Shown here: in pieces, positions 41,396 through 54,593 of the stretch
Position numbering within the stretch: position 1 is the first letter of the stretch
How the letters are laid out: every line of letters starts with the position of its first letter
Source: Chrysomallon squamiferum
Lineage: Eukaryota > Animalia > Mollusca
DNA length: 64,000 nucleotides
Reading direction: 5' to 3'
Assembly (NCBI GenBank): GCA_012295275.1
Contig: CM022672.1
Location: 9,238,001 to 9,302,000, forward strand
Position numbers and translations under genes: made by a program
Notes under the pieces: generated by a model
Seen by the model: the letters and a program-made list of their open reading frames with translations, nothing else
Told to the model about the DNA's origin: nothing
The model's database searches: none

Positions 41396-42828
41396 AACTA
41401 TGTTAAAGACCATAAAAACTTTTCCATAAAAAATTCCTGATCCAAAAGTCAAAACATTTAATACTATGAAGTAATTATAAGACAACTTTTTGAGCTCTTT
41501 TTTGTTGTTTCTACTGTGGTATGTTCCGGTTAGAGCCAGTTGCCCTTCACAGGTTTATCAAAATATCACCTATGTATTCTTGTGTTTATGAGAAGGCGCA
41601 CATAATATATTCCTTGCTGCTACACGCTAAAGAATAGCTATCTGTGTGGTCTTAATAACTGAAATCTGAAAATCTGTTGAGTGCGTGTTTAAATAAATCA
41701 GACCCTTTTTCACTTAGAAAGAAGAGAGGTGATGTTATGTTTGCTCGTACAGGAAAAAAAAAAAACAGAAAAAGAGAAGAAAAACACGATTCAAAAGTCA
41801 TTTATTATCAGGGGCTTTCTCACTTTTTCATCGTGTTCATAGAGAATATCCCAGGCATTATTTATATCTTGATAAAATGTAATACAGTTTAGGGCACACA
41901 CTCTAATTTGACCATTAAGTTAATATTCTGTATGAACTGACGTGTTTTAATACGTCTGGAAGATCGGGTTCGTACACTTGTGTAACCGTGAGACAACGTT
42001 AAGCTGTATCCAGTCAGTGCACAGCGAACCTGAAGACAAACACTGCAGCTAAACTTAGATGCGAGGGCGAAGACCATCTGGCTGTTTGCGCATGAAACCG
42101 GCAATGCACCGAATTGGTGCCGTGCTGTCGCTTGGTTTAGTTCACAAACAAAACATAAAGATCAGTTCTCTAATACTCTCGCGTGTTTATACTGCAGAAG
42201 CATCTACACAGACTTCCACGGGATACTCACTAGCCGTGTTTTTCGTAAAATAAAAACACTACAAAAATATCCTTCGCTGCTGTTTAGTTCGCACAAAATA
42301 CTTTGTTTTTGTTTACGTTACTAATTGTCCGTATGTTCTCAAGTTCGTTATCCCGCTCAATTGAAACTGTAACTAATTTCTGCAATTCTTTTTTTTTTTT
42401 TTTTTTTTTTCTTTCTTTCTCAAATGATTCGTAATTCCTGGCTAAACACGTGCGAGCCGTTCTTCTATCTCGAATTTTATTAGATACAAAAATAATTAGT
42501 CTGTGTGCTATTCGGCTGTCATAAGCATCTCGCGCTAAAGAGTCTGCTAGAAAGATGAATCCTTGAAAATAAACTCTTAAATACTTTTCAAGCGCAGAAG
42601 GGAATAGCTAAGAGACGAAATCGCGTGGATATGTGTTTCTCCGAACTCAAATGGTGCTTGTTAGTACCCAGGGGCTGACGTTTTCTCACTTTTGTGAATG
42701 TCTATCTTGGGGTTTTTTTTGTACCTATGAGATAAAAACACAAGAAACGTACTAGATATGTCGACACTGTTACAAACATTGGGATCAGATGTATATTTTT
42801 TTCACTTCACGTGTGAAGAAACCACATA

Positions 42829-42861
42829 ATGGGTTTTGAACAACTCTATATTCGATTACTG
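42829..42861 (+). CDS. Candidate first coding exon G1 (MGFEQLYIRLL|, phase 0)
   Basis: ataATGG, 11 codons, consensus donor CTG|GTGAGT at 42862, at the end of island ~42430-42860 and followed by very AT-rich sequence. Confidence 0.55.
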
Positions 42862-43478
42862 GTGAGTAGCCTTTATTATATTTTTTTATACTTAACTTTT
42901 ATATCAGTAATTTTGTATATTTTAATTGTTAACTACATAAGAAATCTATATGTAGATTCTTTCTCGTTTTATTTATGATATGTAAATAATAATGATTTAA
43001 TGTGAAAACAACGTTAACAGTCATTTTCATAAACAAATGTTCTTGAAAATTTATTTATAATTATATACTATAATTTAATATATTGCATTTTTGCAAGCAC
43101 GTCATTGAAAACAAAAATTTCAGAAGTTAAATTTGTTTTACGATCAGCTATAAAATTAGTCAAAAAACTTGTTTTACTGTCACTTACTTGTACTTCGTAT
43201 TTATACATAGATCATATTAGTGAAAAGGTCACATATATACGTTATCGATATTTATAACCATAAAAGATAAATCAATTAAAAAACAATAGTTTATAAGTTT
43301 AATTTGCACAGTGCATCAACTGTGCCTCCAACTACAAAATCAGTCACGGGTATTTGTTTTATTGTCACTTACTTATTCTCTATTTTTTTTATTAGGTCAC
43401 ATATTAAAACCCAATATTTTATAATATAACAAAATCAATAAAAAAAAAAAAATCATAAATTTATTTTCTAATTCCATC

Positions 43479-43705
43479 AACTTTACTTTCAGTCCTGTAG
43501 AGTTCTACTATTGTAGGTTGTATTTCTTTATTAGTCACGTTTGTTATAATCTAACAGATAGCTAGTGAAAACAAAAGTCAGAACTTTACTTTCAGCCCTG
43601 TAGATTTCTACTATTGTAGGTTGCATTTCTTTATTAGTCACGTTTGTTATAATCTAACAGATAGCTAGTGAAAACAAAAATCAGAACTTTACTTTCAGCC
43701 CTGCA
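43479..43705. repeat. 103-bp tandem repeat (2.2 near-identical copies) within a larger degenerate array (~43080-44130)
   Basis: AACTTTACTTTCAG(T/C)CCTG starts at 43479, 43582 and 43685. Confidence 0.9.
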
Positions 43706-44454
43706 GGTTTGTTTTCTTCTGGCCTGCTAATGTTCCACTGATCTTACTAGGTCGTATTTTGACGTGGCTTAGTTCACTTGGAAAGCAATGTTTCATACTG
43801 TAATAGATATATCAATCAAAACAAAAAGTTTCATAAGTTTAATCAGCTTTACTTTCATCTCTACAACTATGAACTATTGCTAGGTTTCATATTGGTCACT
43901 ATACCATTACAGATAAACACGTGAAAACAAAAAACACAGCAATTTTTTTTGAAGTCTGCTGGTTCCTCAAGTCTTACTTTGAAGTGGCCTAATATTATAA
44001 AATATTGTAATAGATAAAACAAAAACAATAAGATTAATATTCAAACTACCTCAATTTTACTTTCAGCCCTATCTATGTGTATATGTATTATACTGCGACC
44101 TACTTGTATCATAGAATTATATCAGGTCATATATTGATTGAACTGGTACGGAATATTAGAAACCAGTAACAGACATGTGTCAATATACGCCCTGAATCAG
44201 AGTGTCAAATCAGCAAAGACACTGCGTTCACAAACTCACGTTACTGACCAGCTGTTCTGTACGGCCATCGAATTTATTTCAAGCCTTAACTCGAGTGTTT
44301 TCAAACTGCCATGTCAGTCATGCTTTTTCTCATTTCGTCGTACTTTTTGTACACAGGGAAAGATTAAATGTAACTGACGCGATGTCGATAGCACGCGTTA
44401 CATTTTGTCACTCACGTGGTTAATTGCAGTTTGTCCTCTGTCTGGTTTTGACAG

Positions 44455-44495
44455 GTGTGGCTGTTCGCGGGGAGACCCAGAGGCCGCCTTGCCAG
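44455..44495 (+). CDS. 41-nt internal exon G2 (VWLFAGRPRGRLA-AG| if entered in phase 0; exits in phase 2)
   Basis: Acceptor tttgtcctctgtctggttttgacag|G, GC-rich 41-nt body, donor CAG|GTTAGT at 44496. All three frames are stop-free, so the frame is inferred from G1 and the phase-2 pattern. Confidence 0.6.
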
Positions 44496-45159
44496 GTTAG
44501 TGTGTTTGTCTCTGTGTACGCTTTCTACTAACTTATAAAGTCATACTTGGTTCATTTTTTAGGCAACTGGAACGAATCCCTGTTATGACGATTAACCAAA
44601 ACGTAATGGACATGTTGATGTTATTTTCATTTCACTGAGATGCTAACAGGATAATTTTACAGGCATAATTTTAATGGATGAGATGAGGTTTTTTTTTTTT
44701 TGTTTGTTTGTGTTTGCTTGTTTCTCTCATTAACAAGTTAACATTATACTTTTGCATGCAGCTCAATCGAGACACACTTATGACCAGAAACTAAAAATTA
44801 ATGGATATGATATTTTCTCACTAACATGCTAAAAGTATGATTAGATCTGGAAATTGATCGACTCTGCATTGTAGCTGTTTTACACTAACACAGTAATAAC
44901 ATCATTCTAAAGGGACCTAAATCGAGTGATTCTATTTTGTTTACGATCGATAAAGACAAACGTAGCTGATAAGAAAAAGAGTAGAAGAAATTACAATGAT
45001 TTTCATTTTCACTAACATATTAACAGTATAATATAGGACTGTCAAGTGAGTGCCTGTCTGACATTATTCTGGAAAATAAAATAATAATTAAACACAGTGA
45101 TTTAATTAGTGAACAAACAAACGTAATTTAAAATATAAAACACTTATGAGATATGAACA

Positions 45160-45310
45160 GGTTGGGTTGTTGCTCGGTTGTTAAACAACTGGTTTGAAAC
45201 ATGATAGCAGGATCCATTGCACACATTGACTTATTTCCCGTTCTGTCAGCGCTCAACCATTCACTACGAATGTACAAGAAAAACCATTACTCATCGTACT
45301 AGGAGATAAT
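45160..45310 (+). mobile_element. Highly diverged SINE fragment, + orientation
   Basis: TTGCTCGGTTGTTAAAC (A-box-like) and CATTGACTTATTTCCCGTTCTGTCAGCGCTCAACC, complementary to the minus-strand copies. A similar weaker fragment lies at ~9500-9600. Confidence 0.4.
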
Positions 45311-45388
45311 CAACCCTTACCTGATAAAACCCTTGTGGGACATAATACTGTAAAATATAAAGGGTAAGAGTTTTGTCCCTTTTCTATT

Positions 45389-45424
<36 letters not shown>

Positions 45425-46507
45425 TAATGGTATTATCTGTCGTGAATTTTGCCCATAGGTGTTGTCCTCTGTAATTGTATCCGCCACCAATGACTCCACT
45501 CAGCAATCATAAATTGTCTTGCATGCCTTAATTTTTGTAATTCTGTTCAGATATTCATAATTACGTAAACGCATATGTAAATACAGATACAGCCAGAAAC
45601 ACAGGACCGTAATGTTCAATAATTGTTTGTATTTGTTTACAAAGAACTCATTAGATTCTCGTTGCGTAAATGAATTTCCGACATTTACTGGAAAAGAAAA
45701 TTGAATATCAATACATTAGCGAGGCAATAACATTGTCACTTCAGTTCTAAACGTGAAGAAAGCGTGACCGTTAAATCGAACACCGTCGTTGTTGCAGAGC
45801 GAGATGTTTCCCACGTCATGGCGTGTTCGTTGCATCACTCGGCATATTAACGAGTTATTTAGTTGAATCCAATTATAACCTGATAACGCGCACTCTGATT
45901 GCATTGGGGTCCCACATGGTGTCTTGGCATTCTTGGCCAATTGTCTGGAAGCGTCTGATGATCCAATGAGTAGCGTGTTTTGTTTCTTTTTACAAAAATT
46001 ATAATCGTGTTTTCTGACGAAAGAAAACGAAAAAGACAGAAAATCAAAGACAGCCAATTAACAGAAACAAAATTGGATCTTTTTTTTTTTAAATTTAAAT
46101 TTTTCTTCAATTTGTTATTATTATTATGCTGTTGTTGTTTTTTTTTTTTTTTTTTTTTGTTTTTTTTTTCGGGGGGTTTTGAGTGTTTTGTTGTTTTTTG
46201 TTTGTTTTTTTTAGCTGTTAAGTGGCGCATATTAGACTGTGTTTTAGCGTTCAACATCATTCATCCTGAATAAAGTATCTTTATCTGTTTTCCTTGTTTT
46301 CTATGTTTTTTTTGCACATAACGTTTCTTTTTGTATTCTGTTTAACTTCTTTTACTTTTCTTTTGGATTCCTTCAGTTTTATTTTTCTTCATTAGTTTTC
46401 ATTCCTTTTATTTTTAATTCCACTCTATTGCATATTTTTTTTGTTTCTTTTCTAATGATTTATTTCATATTTGTTATTATATATGTATGTATGTATGTAT
46501 GTGTGTA

Positions 46508-46550
<43 letters not shown>

Positions 46551-47346
46551 TTATATTTTTATTTATTTCATCACAGTCGATTTTATCTAGTCTTCCTTTC
46601 TTTTGTTTCTTTTTATGGTGCTCGACAAAGTAGAAGAAGTTTTCCTTTTTTCCCTGCTTTATTTTTGTTTCTTTTCATTCTTTTTTCCGTTTGATTTCTT
46701 TTCTTGTCTTTATTTCTTTCTCATGGATCTAATCACTGACCTCACCGTTATCTCTGTCTGCTATTTTGGTTTCAAATGATCGTAAAGTTACACCAAGATT
46801 TTCACTTTTTCAGAAATCGAAACGAAACGAACATCGACTTTTTTTCGTGTGATAAGTACTGACACTTTGTTGATCATGACGATACATTCTTGATCCTTAT
46901 CAGTCCCAGGTCTGTTTGAGCTTTTCAAACACAGATGTATTTTTACGCATACCATCTGGGGTTTTTTTATACCTGATATGTTAGAGCAAATGTTCCCGTT
47001 CTTTCTAAATCATACATTAGATTGAAAGAAAAATTATTCAGAAAATAAAAAATCGTCTATGAGCAATAGAGATAACCACGTGAACTGATGCTTAAATCTG
47101 TATATCATGTTTAAACTGAAAAATGAATAACCCATCCGGTAAACATTGCTAGTGCTTAGAGTTTTTTTCCTTTCTTTTTTAGTTACTTTTGGCCATCTGA
47201 CAAGAAAGGTGAATAAAAGTTTACGATTCTACTTTCTTTAATGCTCCTATAGAACGATGAATAGAAGTGAGTGTAGACACGAATGCTTATATTGTGTGTG
47301 TGTATGTATGTTTCTGTGCATGAGCAAGAGAGTCACAAAGAGAGCC

Positions 47347-47595
<249 letters not shown>

Positions 47596-48647
47596 TAGTA
47601 TACGTGTTTTTGTACATGAATGAATGAATTGCATATCTGTCCGTATGTGAGGATGGTATTTATCCATGGTACCATATGTTGCTCTTTCTTTTTTTTTTTT
47701 TTTTTTTCTTTATGGTTGTTGTTTTGTTTTGTTTGGATTTCATAAATGAAAGCTGTACAGACTCATCTCTGTCAGTATGTGTGCATTGTGGCATACCTTA
47801 AATGCTTTCAAATGCTCTTTTGTTTACATAATAATGTCCATTTCGCTGTTTGTATGTGAATATATATATATATATATATATGTAGGTACGTGGTACATGT
47901 GCTAAATTTAAAACATTATTAAATATTATTATGGTCAGACATTCGTGTCGTTATACTTCACGCCAATGACCTCAAGTGTACAATAATTATTAAAGAACAA
48001 TTACATTGTCTAGGAAACTTTATAACTTCAACCCTGGCCTAAAAAAAAAATCTAATCATGGAACCCTGATGAATGTTCCATTTTGATAAGTCAGAGTATT
48101 AATATAACTTAATATGCTGGGTTTTAATACGAGTGAAAACGCGCTGTTTCTCACTGATGGAGTTAGCATGTATCCTGTAAATGAATGTACGGCTGATTTC
48201 ACAGAGTTGATTATACAGCATCATTCTCATTCTGATCATTGTATGGGAAGTGTCCCTTTCATGGCGTGTTATAGCGTGAAAATAAATAACTTCGGAGAAT
48301 TACCGTGCATTGTTCATTGTATTGATCATCTCTCTCGCAGTTTAATGGAAACATTTAGCAAATAATTGTTTAGAAGGACGTCTCGTTTTGTAGAATGATA
48401 TAGTGACGGTTTGTGAGATCTGTAAATAAGTTCAACAGAAATGTGGGTTCCACGATATTATTACATGTGGGTTTGTATGTATGAGGGCGCGCGCCCGCAT
48501 TCGTGTGTACTTACATATAAGACAAAAAGAGCAGTATATTTTCAATTACTCTCTCTCTTTGTATATGTTTTTATATGTGCTTTTTTGTACGTACGTATAT
48601 ATGTATGTTTGTATGCGTGAATGTACGTATGTATGTATGTATGTATG

Positions 48648-48683
<36 letters not shown>

Positions 48684-49246
48684 TGTATGTATGTTTGTAT
48701 GTATGTCTGTATGTATGTGTGTTATGCATGGATGTATATATGAAAGTGTATACGTACGTATATTTAGGTAAAATCTGTTCTTCATCAATAATATTGAAAA
48801 ATGTAATCAAATAGTAAGAATTTAGTTACCTTCTCTTTTTTTCTAAATAGTCAAATAGTTGAAAGATATGATTTGTCCTTTTTTTTTTTTTACTTTATAT
48901 CTCGTTCGCTTTTTATGCAGTGTATATATGATACGTGAAAAATGCGCAGATACCAACGAAGTGTTTGTGTGCTTTTATGTTTCGAGTATGTTAACACCTG
49001 TTTGTCAGTTTATCCATCATTTTTCACTTTCCTTTTTTCTCATTAAGGTAAAAAATAGAAGCCAGCGTTGTTAGAACCATCTCTCCAGGCACGCTTAACA
49101 AGCTTATTATGCTTTGGAGATATCAGTAACCACAGAGTAGTCTGCTGGAATGAAGCAGTTGTTTGAAAATGTTACTGTGTATGTTTGAGGCAAAGAAAAG
49201 TGATGAAAGATTTCAGACTATTTTACGAAAACGAAATAGTAACTAA

Positions 49247-49360
49247 CATTGTAAAAATGGTCTGGAGGAATTAACGAAAAGGGTGAACAAAATAAAAAAG
49301 TAAAATTTATTTTGGATAGCTATATTACTACCACCATTGTTACCACAGCTACTGCTTCAT

Positions 49361-49397
<37 letters not shown>

Positions 49398-49760
49398 AAA
49401 GTACTACTACTACTACTACTACTACTACTGTTACTACTATTGCTGCTGCTGTTACTACTATTGCTATTACTGAAACTATTACTGATAATTCTTTTTTCTT
49501 TTTCTTCTTCTAGTTTTTACTATTACCAATAATGTCATTGTAAAAATGGCTTTGAGGAATTAACGTAAAGAACGAAGAAAAATCAGTAACAATTATGTGT
49601 TACTACTAGCACCATTGCCACTGCTAGTACTGCACATGCAACAACAACAACTACAACTACTACTCTTACTACTACTACTACTACTACTACTACTACCACT
49701 ACCTCTACTACTACTGCTGCTATTACTTCTAATATTACTACTATTTCTTTTTCTTATTAG
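49247..49760. repeat. ~290-bp tandem duplication containing (TAC)n
   Basis: CATTGTAAAAATGG..GAGGAATTAACG occurs at ~49247 and ~49536, each followed by (TAC)n-rich sequence. Confidence 0.65.
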
Positions 49761-50954
49761 TCTTACTATAACCACCTCTGCTACTACTATCATCGTAACA
49801 AATATAACCGCTAGTAATGGTATCGCCAGCACAACTACTGTTAATATTACTGATACTGACATTGCTGTTAAAGAATAATAATTAGACAGAAGATTATGAT
49901 TGTTATCAAAGTACAATAAAGAAGAACTATTGCTACATCAATAAAACGCAACTGAAGAAGAAATAAAGGATAAAAAACAACAACATAATAGATTTGCATG
50001 AAGTAAAATATAAAACAAAAAAAAAATTACAAACACTGAAAACCCCCAGAAAGAAACAACAATGAAATGACAACAGCTGTAGTTCGATATAATAATTATT
50101 TCGCAATAAACTGCACTATTATAATTTGATTTATCTTGGGTTATCTTTCACTAATATGCCTTTAAAACGTTGTCTTTAGTTACTCGTTTATATTGTTAAG
50201 AAAGTAAGAAATAAATACTTGATGAACAGTTAAGGAAAGAAACATAAAAGAGATAAAGGAAAACGAAAACGAGAGTAGGAAAGGCAGAGCAAAGAAGAAT
50301 ACAAGAAGAAAAAGAAACAGAGATTAAAGAACAAAGAATAGAAAAACAAAGAAGAAAGATAGCTAGAAAGAAAACAAAAAAGAAACACGAAATAAAAAAA
50401 AAAAGAGTTCAAAAATACAGTTATTGTTCAGTTTATTAATAATAAGTCATTTCATCATTTCGTTCTCAACGATATTGACCACGAAATAAAAATAAACTTT
50501 AAAAAACAGCATCATCTTCCCACAGCACGGCAACAAACCATAAATCAAATTCCTTGTTATTAATGTGCTCTATTGCAATCACTTGGTATTAACAGACGCC
50601 TTCAAAGACATGCTAAATATTTGATAGCAATGAACACATTTCCTTAAAAGTTATGGCTTCACCATTCTTATATTTCAGAAAAATTGACCAAAATTGTTAT
50701 GGAGTGGCATTTAGGAGAGAGAAAAAAATTTACTACATCGTATTCCCAAGTCTCAATACTTCTAGAATGATTGACTGTTCGCAGACAAGCGGGCAATTTG
50801 TCAGCTGAAATTAAATGAATGGAAACGCGTCTTGTTGCGTTTAGTCGAAAAGCTGTTAACTAAGTCTGATCAGTGCAAGGTGTGCTTCCAGTGTATTCAC
50901 TGATGTTAGGCTGTAATTAATTAATGAACTCCTTGGAGGTTTAATACATTTAAT

Positions 50955-51200
50955 TATTTGTTTTGTTTGTTTTTTCGTTTGGTTGGTTGGTTCCTTGTTT
51001 GTTCGTTCGTTTCGGTTTGGTTGGTTCCTTATTTGTTCGTTCGTTTTTTCGTTTGGTTGGTTGGTCGCTTGTTTGTTCGTTCGTTTTTTCGTTTGGTTGG
51101 TTGGTTGCATGTTTGTTCGTTCGTTTTCTCGTTTGGTTGGTTGGTTGCTTTCGTGTTTGTTCATTTGTGTTTGGTTGGTTGGTTGTTCGATTGTTTCTTG
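50955..51200. repeat. GTTT/GGTT/CGTT compound minisatellite
   Basis: Repeated TTTCGTTTGGTTGGTTGG..TTTGTTCGTTCG units. Confidence 0.85.
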
Positions 51201-51409
51201 GTAGATTAGAGCGTTCGTTGTTTCGTTTTTATTTCATTTATCGCTGTTTATTTGGATATTTCATTGCTTTGTAGATCGCTAAGCTGGCTGGTTGGTTATT
51301 TGACTGGTTAATATACAAGTTCACTGGATTATTGGCTGGTATACTGGTTATCTGTCTGGTTAGCTAGTTGGTTATATGGTTAATTGGTTGGTTGGTTAGT
51401 TGTTTCGTT

Positions 51410-51690
51410 GACTGTCTGTTTCGATGGTTGATTGATTGGTTGTTTGTTTCGATGGTTGCTTGGTTGGTTGTCTGTTTCGATGGTTGATTGGTTGGTTGTC
51501 TGTTTCGATGGTTGATTGGTTGGTTGTTTGTTTCGATGGTTGCTTGGTTGGTTGTCTGTTTCGATGGTTGCTTGGTTGGTTGTCTGTTTCGATGGTTGAT
51601 TGGTTGGTTGTCTGTTTCGATGGTTGATTGGTTGGTTGTTTGTTTCGATGGTTGCTTGGTTGGTTGTCTGTTTCGATGGTTGATTGGTTG
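51410..51690. repeat. 28-bp minisatellite, about 10 copies
   Basis: TGGTTGGTTGT(C/T)TGTTTCGATGGTTG(A/C)T; TCGATGG recurs at 51421, 51449, 51477 and onward. Confidence 0.9.
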
Positions 51691-52233
51691 ATTGATTAAT
51701 TAACTGTTTGATTTTATCTCCTGTTTTCGCTAACTGGTTGATTCACCGATGCTTGCTATGTCACTTAGTTGTTTATTTATTTAACTTATTTATTTAACTT
51801 AACTCTATATTTAGACTTTTCACCAGTTTCTTTCTTGATAAATCGGTGCTTTTCATACGACTGCAGCATCTTACAGCCGGCATGTTTTGACAGCTTCCAT
51901 TTTTCTCAAATGAAGACAATTTAAATGTCCTCACTCTAATGCTTCGATCAACATATAGAGTGAAAAATACAGACATCTTCCTCTCGATCGGACGTAGTTT
52001 TATCAGTCAAAGACAGTTATCTTTCAGTTTCATAATTATCATATCAAAAAAGAGAATTTTCTGACAAAACGACAATAACAAAAATAAACGTTTTATTTCG
52101 CGACATTAGGGAAAATGTGGAATACTGGTTAACCGTGTGTGTTAATATAGGTTACTAACGTGCTACAGTTGTTTTTTTTTTTTTTGTTGTTGTTGTTGTT
52201 TTGTTTTTTTTTTTTGTTTTTTTCTCATTTTAA

Positions 52234-52315
52234 AATTTCAAAGATAGAAGCTGAAATATACCTTGGTTTTATATATTAATATATATGTATATCTTCAGCC
52301 TCTGTCCTTGAAATT
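52234..52315. other. Imperfect ~82-nt hairpin
   Basis: AATTTCAAAGATAGAAGCTGAAATATAC versus the reverse complement of the right arm, AATTTCAAGGACAGAGGCTGAAGATATAC. Confidence 0.7.
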
Positions 52316-53888
52316 ATATAAAAAGTTATTTTAATGACTTACTTGAAATTAAGCATACCCTATATGTTTTAATGTGTATGGACTATTTCCTAAATACAGT
52401 TTATTCATAATATTATAATACAATGCGAACACAAGAGGTGAAAATTGAATACTTATATAGCATATGCAATAAATAGTATAAAACCTAACCAGTTTTATCG
52501 AAACATTACTAGTATAACATCCATTGGTTCCAGTGACCTATAAAAATATCTAAAAATAATTGTCGTATTTATTGCACAAAACTTTAATTTAACATTCTCC
52601 ATTACTAAATAATAATTATCTTTATTACGGATTTTTAATTTAACGTTTTCACCCCAGCTCATTCGTAAGACAACAACAGCAGTGGGAATTAATAATAATA
52701 AAACATAAAAACTGTCTGATAAAACACGATCATAATATCCTCTCAGCCGATTGATAGCGAGGCTGATTCTGTGTTAGAAGAGCGATTTTGCACCAAACTG
52801 CAATTAAAAAAAAAACCTCGACGGTTTACTAACAAGAAGTAATAAAACATTAATAACATTCTTCAGCAATTGGTTTATAAATTCATGTTTCCTTGGAGAT
52901 GCATAAAAACCATATTTCAAATTAGTTTTGTCAAAACATTTCATTTTAAAGCCTTCACGCTATTAGAACCTTTCCAATCGTCTGTCTTTTACTGACATTA
53001 CTACCCTTTAATTTCGAATCTACATCAATTCTTTTTTTTAAAAACATAAACACCTTTCTTGTAAGAACGTGCGACTCGAACTGGTATTTCGTCTGTTGTT
53101 TAACACTGCATTGAGCTTAATGAAGTCCTCAGGGGAGGTAATTCACGCGGCGATTGGCGTTTTAAGTGGAGTTTTATTGATATTAGTCTTATAACGCGCT
53201 TTTCCTCCACTGATCTTTCAATATTGCAGCAGCTATTGGAAAGAAGACGTCCAATTTCATGCTTCACTTCAAATATATTGGAGAGGCTTTATTGCAGAGT
53301 AAAATGCCAAGATGAGGTTTTTCTGTTGCCATTTGAGGCAGCGTGTCGGTTCTGTAGGTGCAGTTTTCAAAAGACTTGAGGAGAAAAACTGTAAGAAAAA
53401 TGAAACAAACATGTCACGATTAGGACTATAGTTTATGAACCAAAATAGTTTTATGTTTACGTTGCTTTCATGTTTTTGTGACCGTCTCGCTATTTCCTTT
53501 TTTCACTTTCTCTCGCTAATTTTATTATTTTTTTATTATTACTTTTATTTTTACTTTTTATTTTTATTTTTTATTTATTTACTTTTTCTTTCTCTGGTCC
53601 CTGAATATCTCAGTTTGGCTCTGTTTTCTATCTTTTTTATACTCTTTCACTGTCTCTCTCTCTGCCACTGAATGTGTCTATCTATCCGTCTATCGGTCTG
53701 TCTATCCATCTATCTACATAGTTATCTATCTACCCTATCTATATAATTGCATATACACATGTGCATACACTTTCTTAAATACATTGTAAAGCGTTCAGGT
53801 AGAAAACTAAGAGTCTGCGATAAGTTGTTTCCATTGTCGACACTGTTATAGTAATTTCATTAAAACAGCTTCAAATGTTTAATTACTG

Positions 53889-53943
<55 letters not shown>

Positions 53944-54555
53944 TTATGATTATTTTTATGTTTATTTCTCTCTCTTTTTTTTATGTTGCTGACGTCCTAT
54001 TCCCGATTTCAGCTCCACCGGTTAATGTTTGTCAAATAGTATTTAATTCATGATAGAGATTCAGATCATACTTCAGATATCATGGTCTAGTAACGACACG
54101 ACCGTATTTGCCATCAGTATTAGAGAACATTTAGCTTATTTAATGTTTTAAATGCAATTTCTCTTCATAAAAAATATGTGGTACGGATGCACGTTATATA
54201 TTATGTATAAAAGAAATATATGAAAGTCCTTATGTTATGTCTATATATTTTAAAATAGTATTAATATGAACAAATTTCCGTTTAACTTCCTCAGTTCCTT
54301 TTTCTCATTTATCTTCCAGATTTTCTTCTTCTTTTTTACCTTTTTTTAAACCATTATGTGATTTCCCGACGAGTCATTACCTCTCTTTTACGAGAAACTA
54401 AAAAGTTACCGCGTAATTTTCACCTTTTTGTCACGAAAAGCCATTAGACAAACATTTCTAACATTTACATCTATCCATTGAACTCGTGAATAGCTTTTTC
54501 TAGTTAATGCGTATTTGAACGCGAATTCCTTAAATAAACATTAAAGCATCTTAAG

Positions 54556-54593
54556 ATGGATTGTTTCATCTTCGCTCCGAGATTCCTGGCATT
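54556..54593 (+). CDS. Weak candidate first coding exon (MDCFIFAPRFLA-TT|, phase 2)
   Basis: aagATGG context, 12 codons + 2 nt, donor ATT|GTGAGA (weak exonic side). The island continues past the donor. Confidence 0.25.

Noticed and set aside
42758-42861. Longer phase-2 frame for exon G1 from ATG 42758
   Set aside because: Interrupted by TAA at 42827; changing the T7 homopolymer by one base does not rescue it.
51410-51690. 28-bp repeat array as a CRISPR
   Set aside because: Contiguous tandem units with no unique spacers, no cas genes, and a eukaryotic context.
53312-53390. MRFFCCHLRQRVGSVGAVFKRLEEKN-T|GTAAGA as another first exon
   Set aside because: Phase 1 with a weak exonic donor side, inconsistent with the set; kept only as a counter-example to test.
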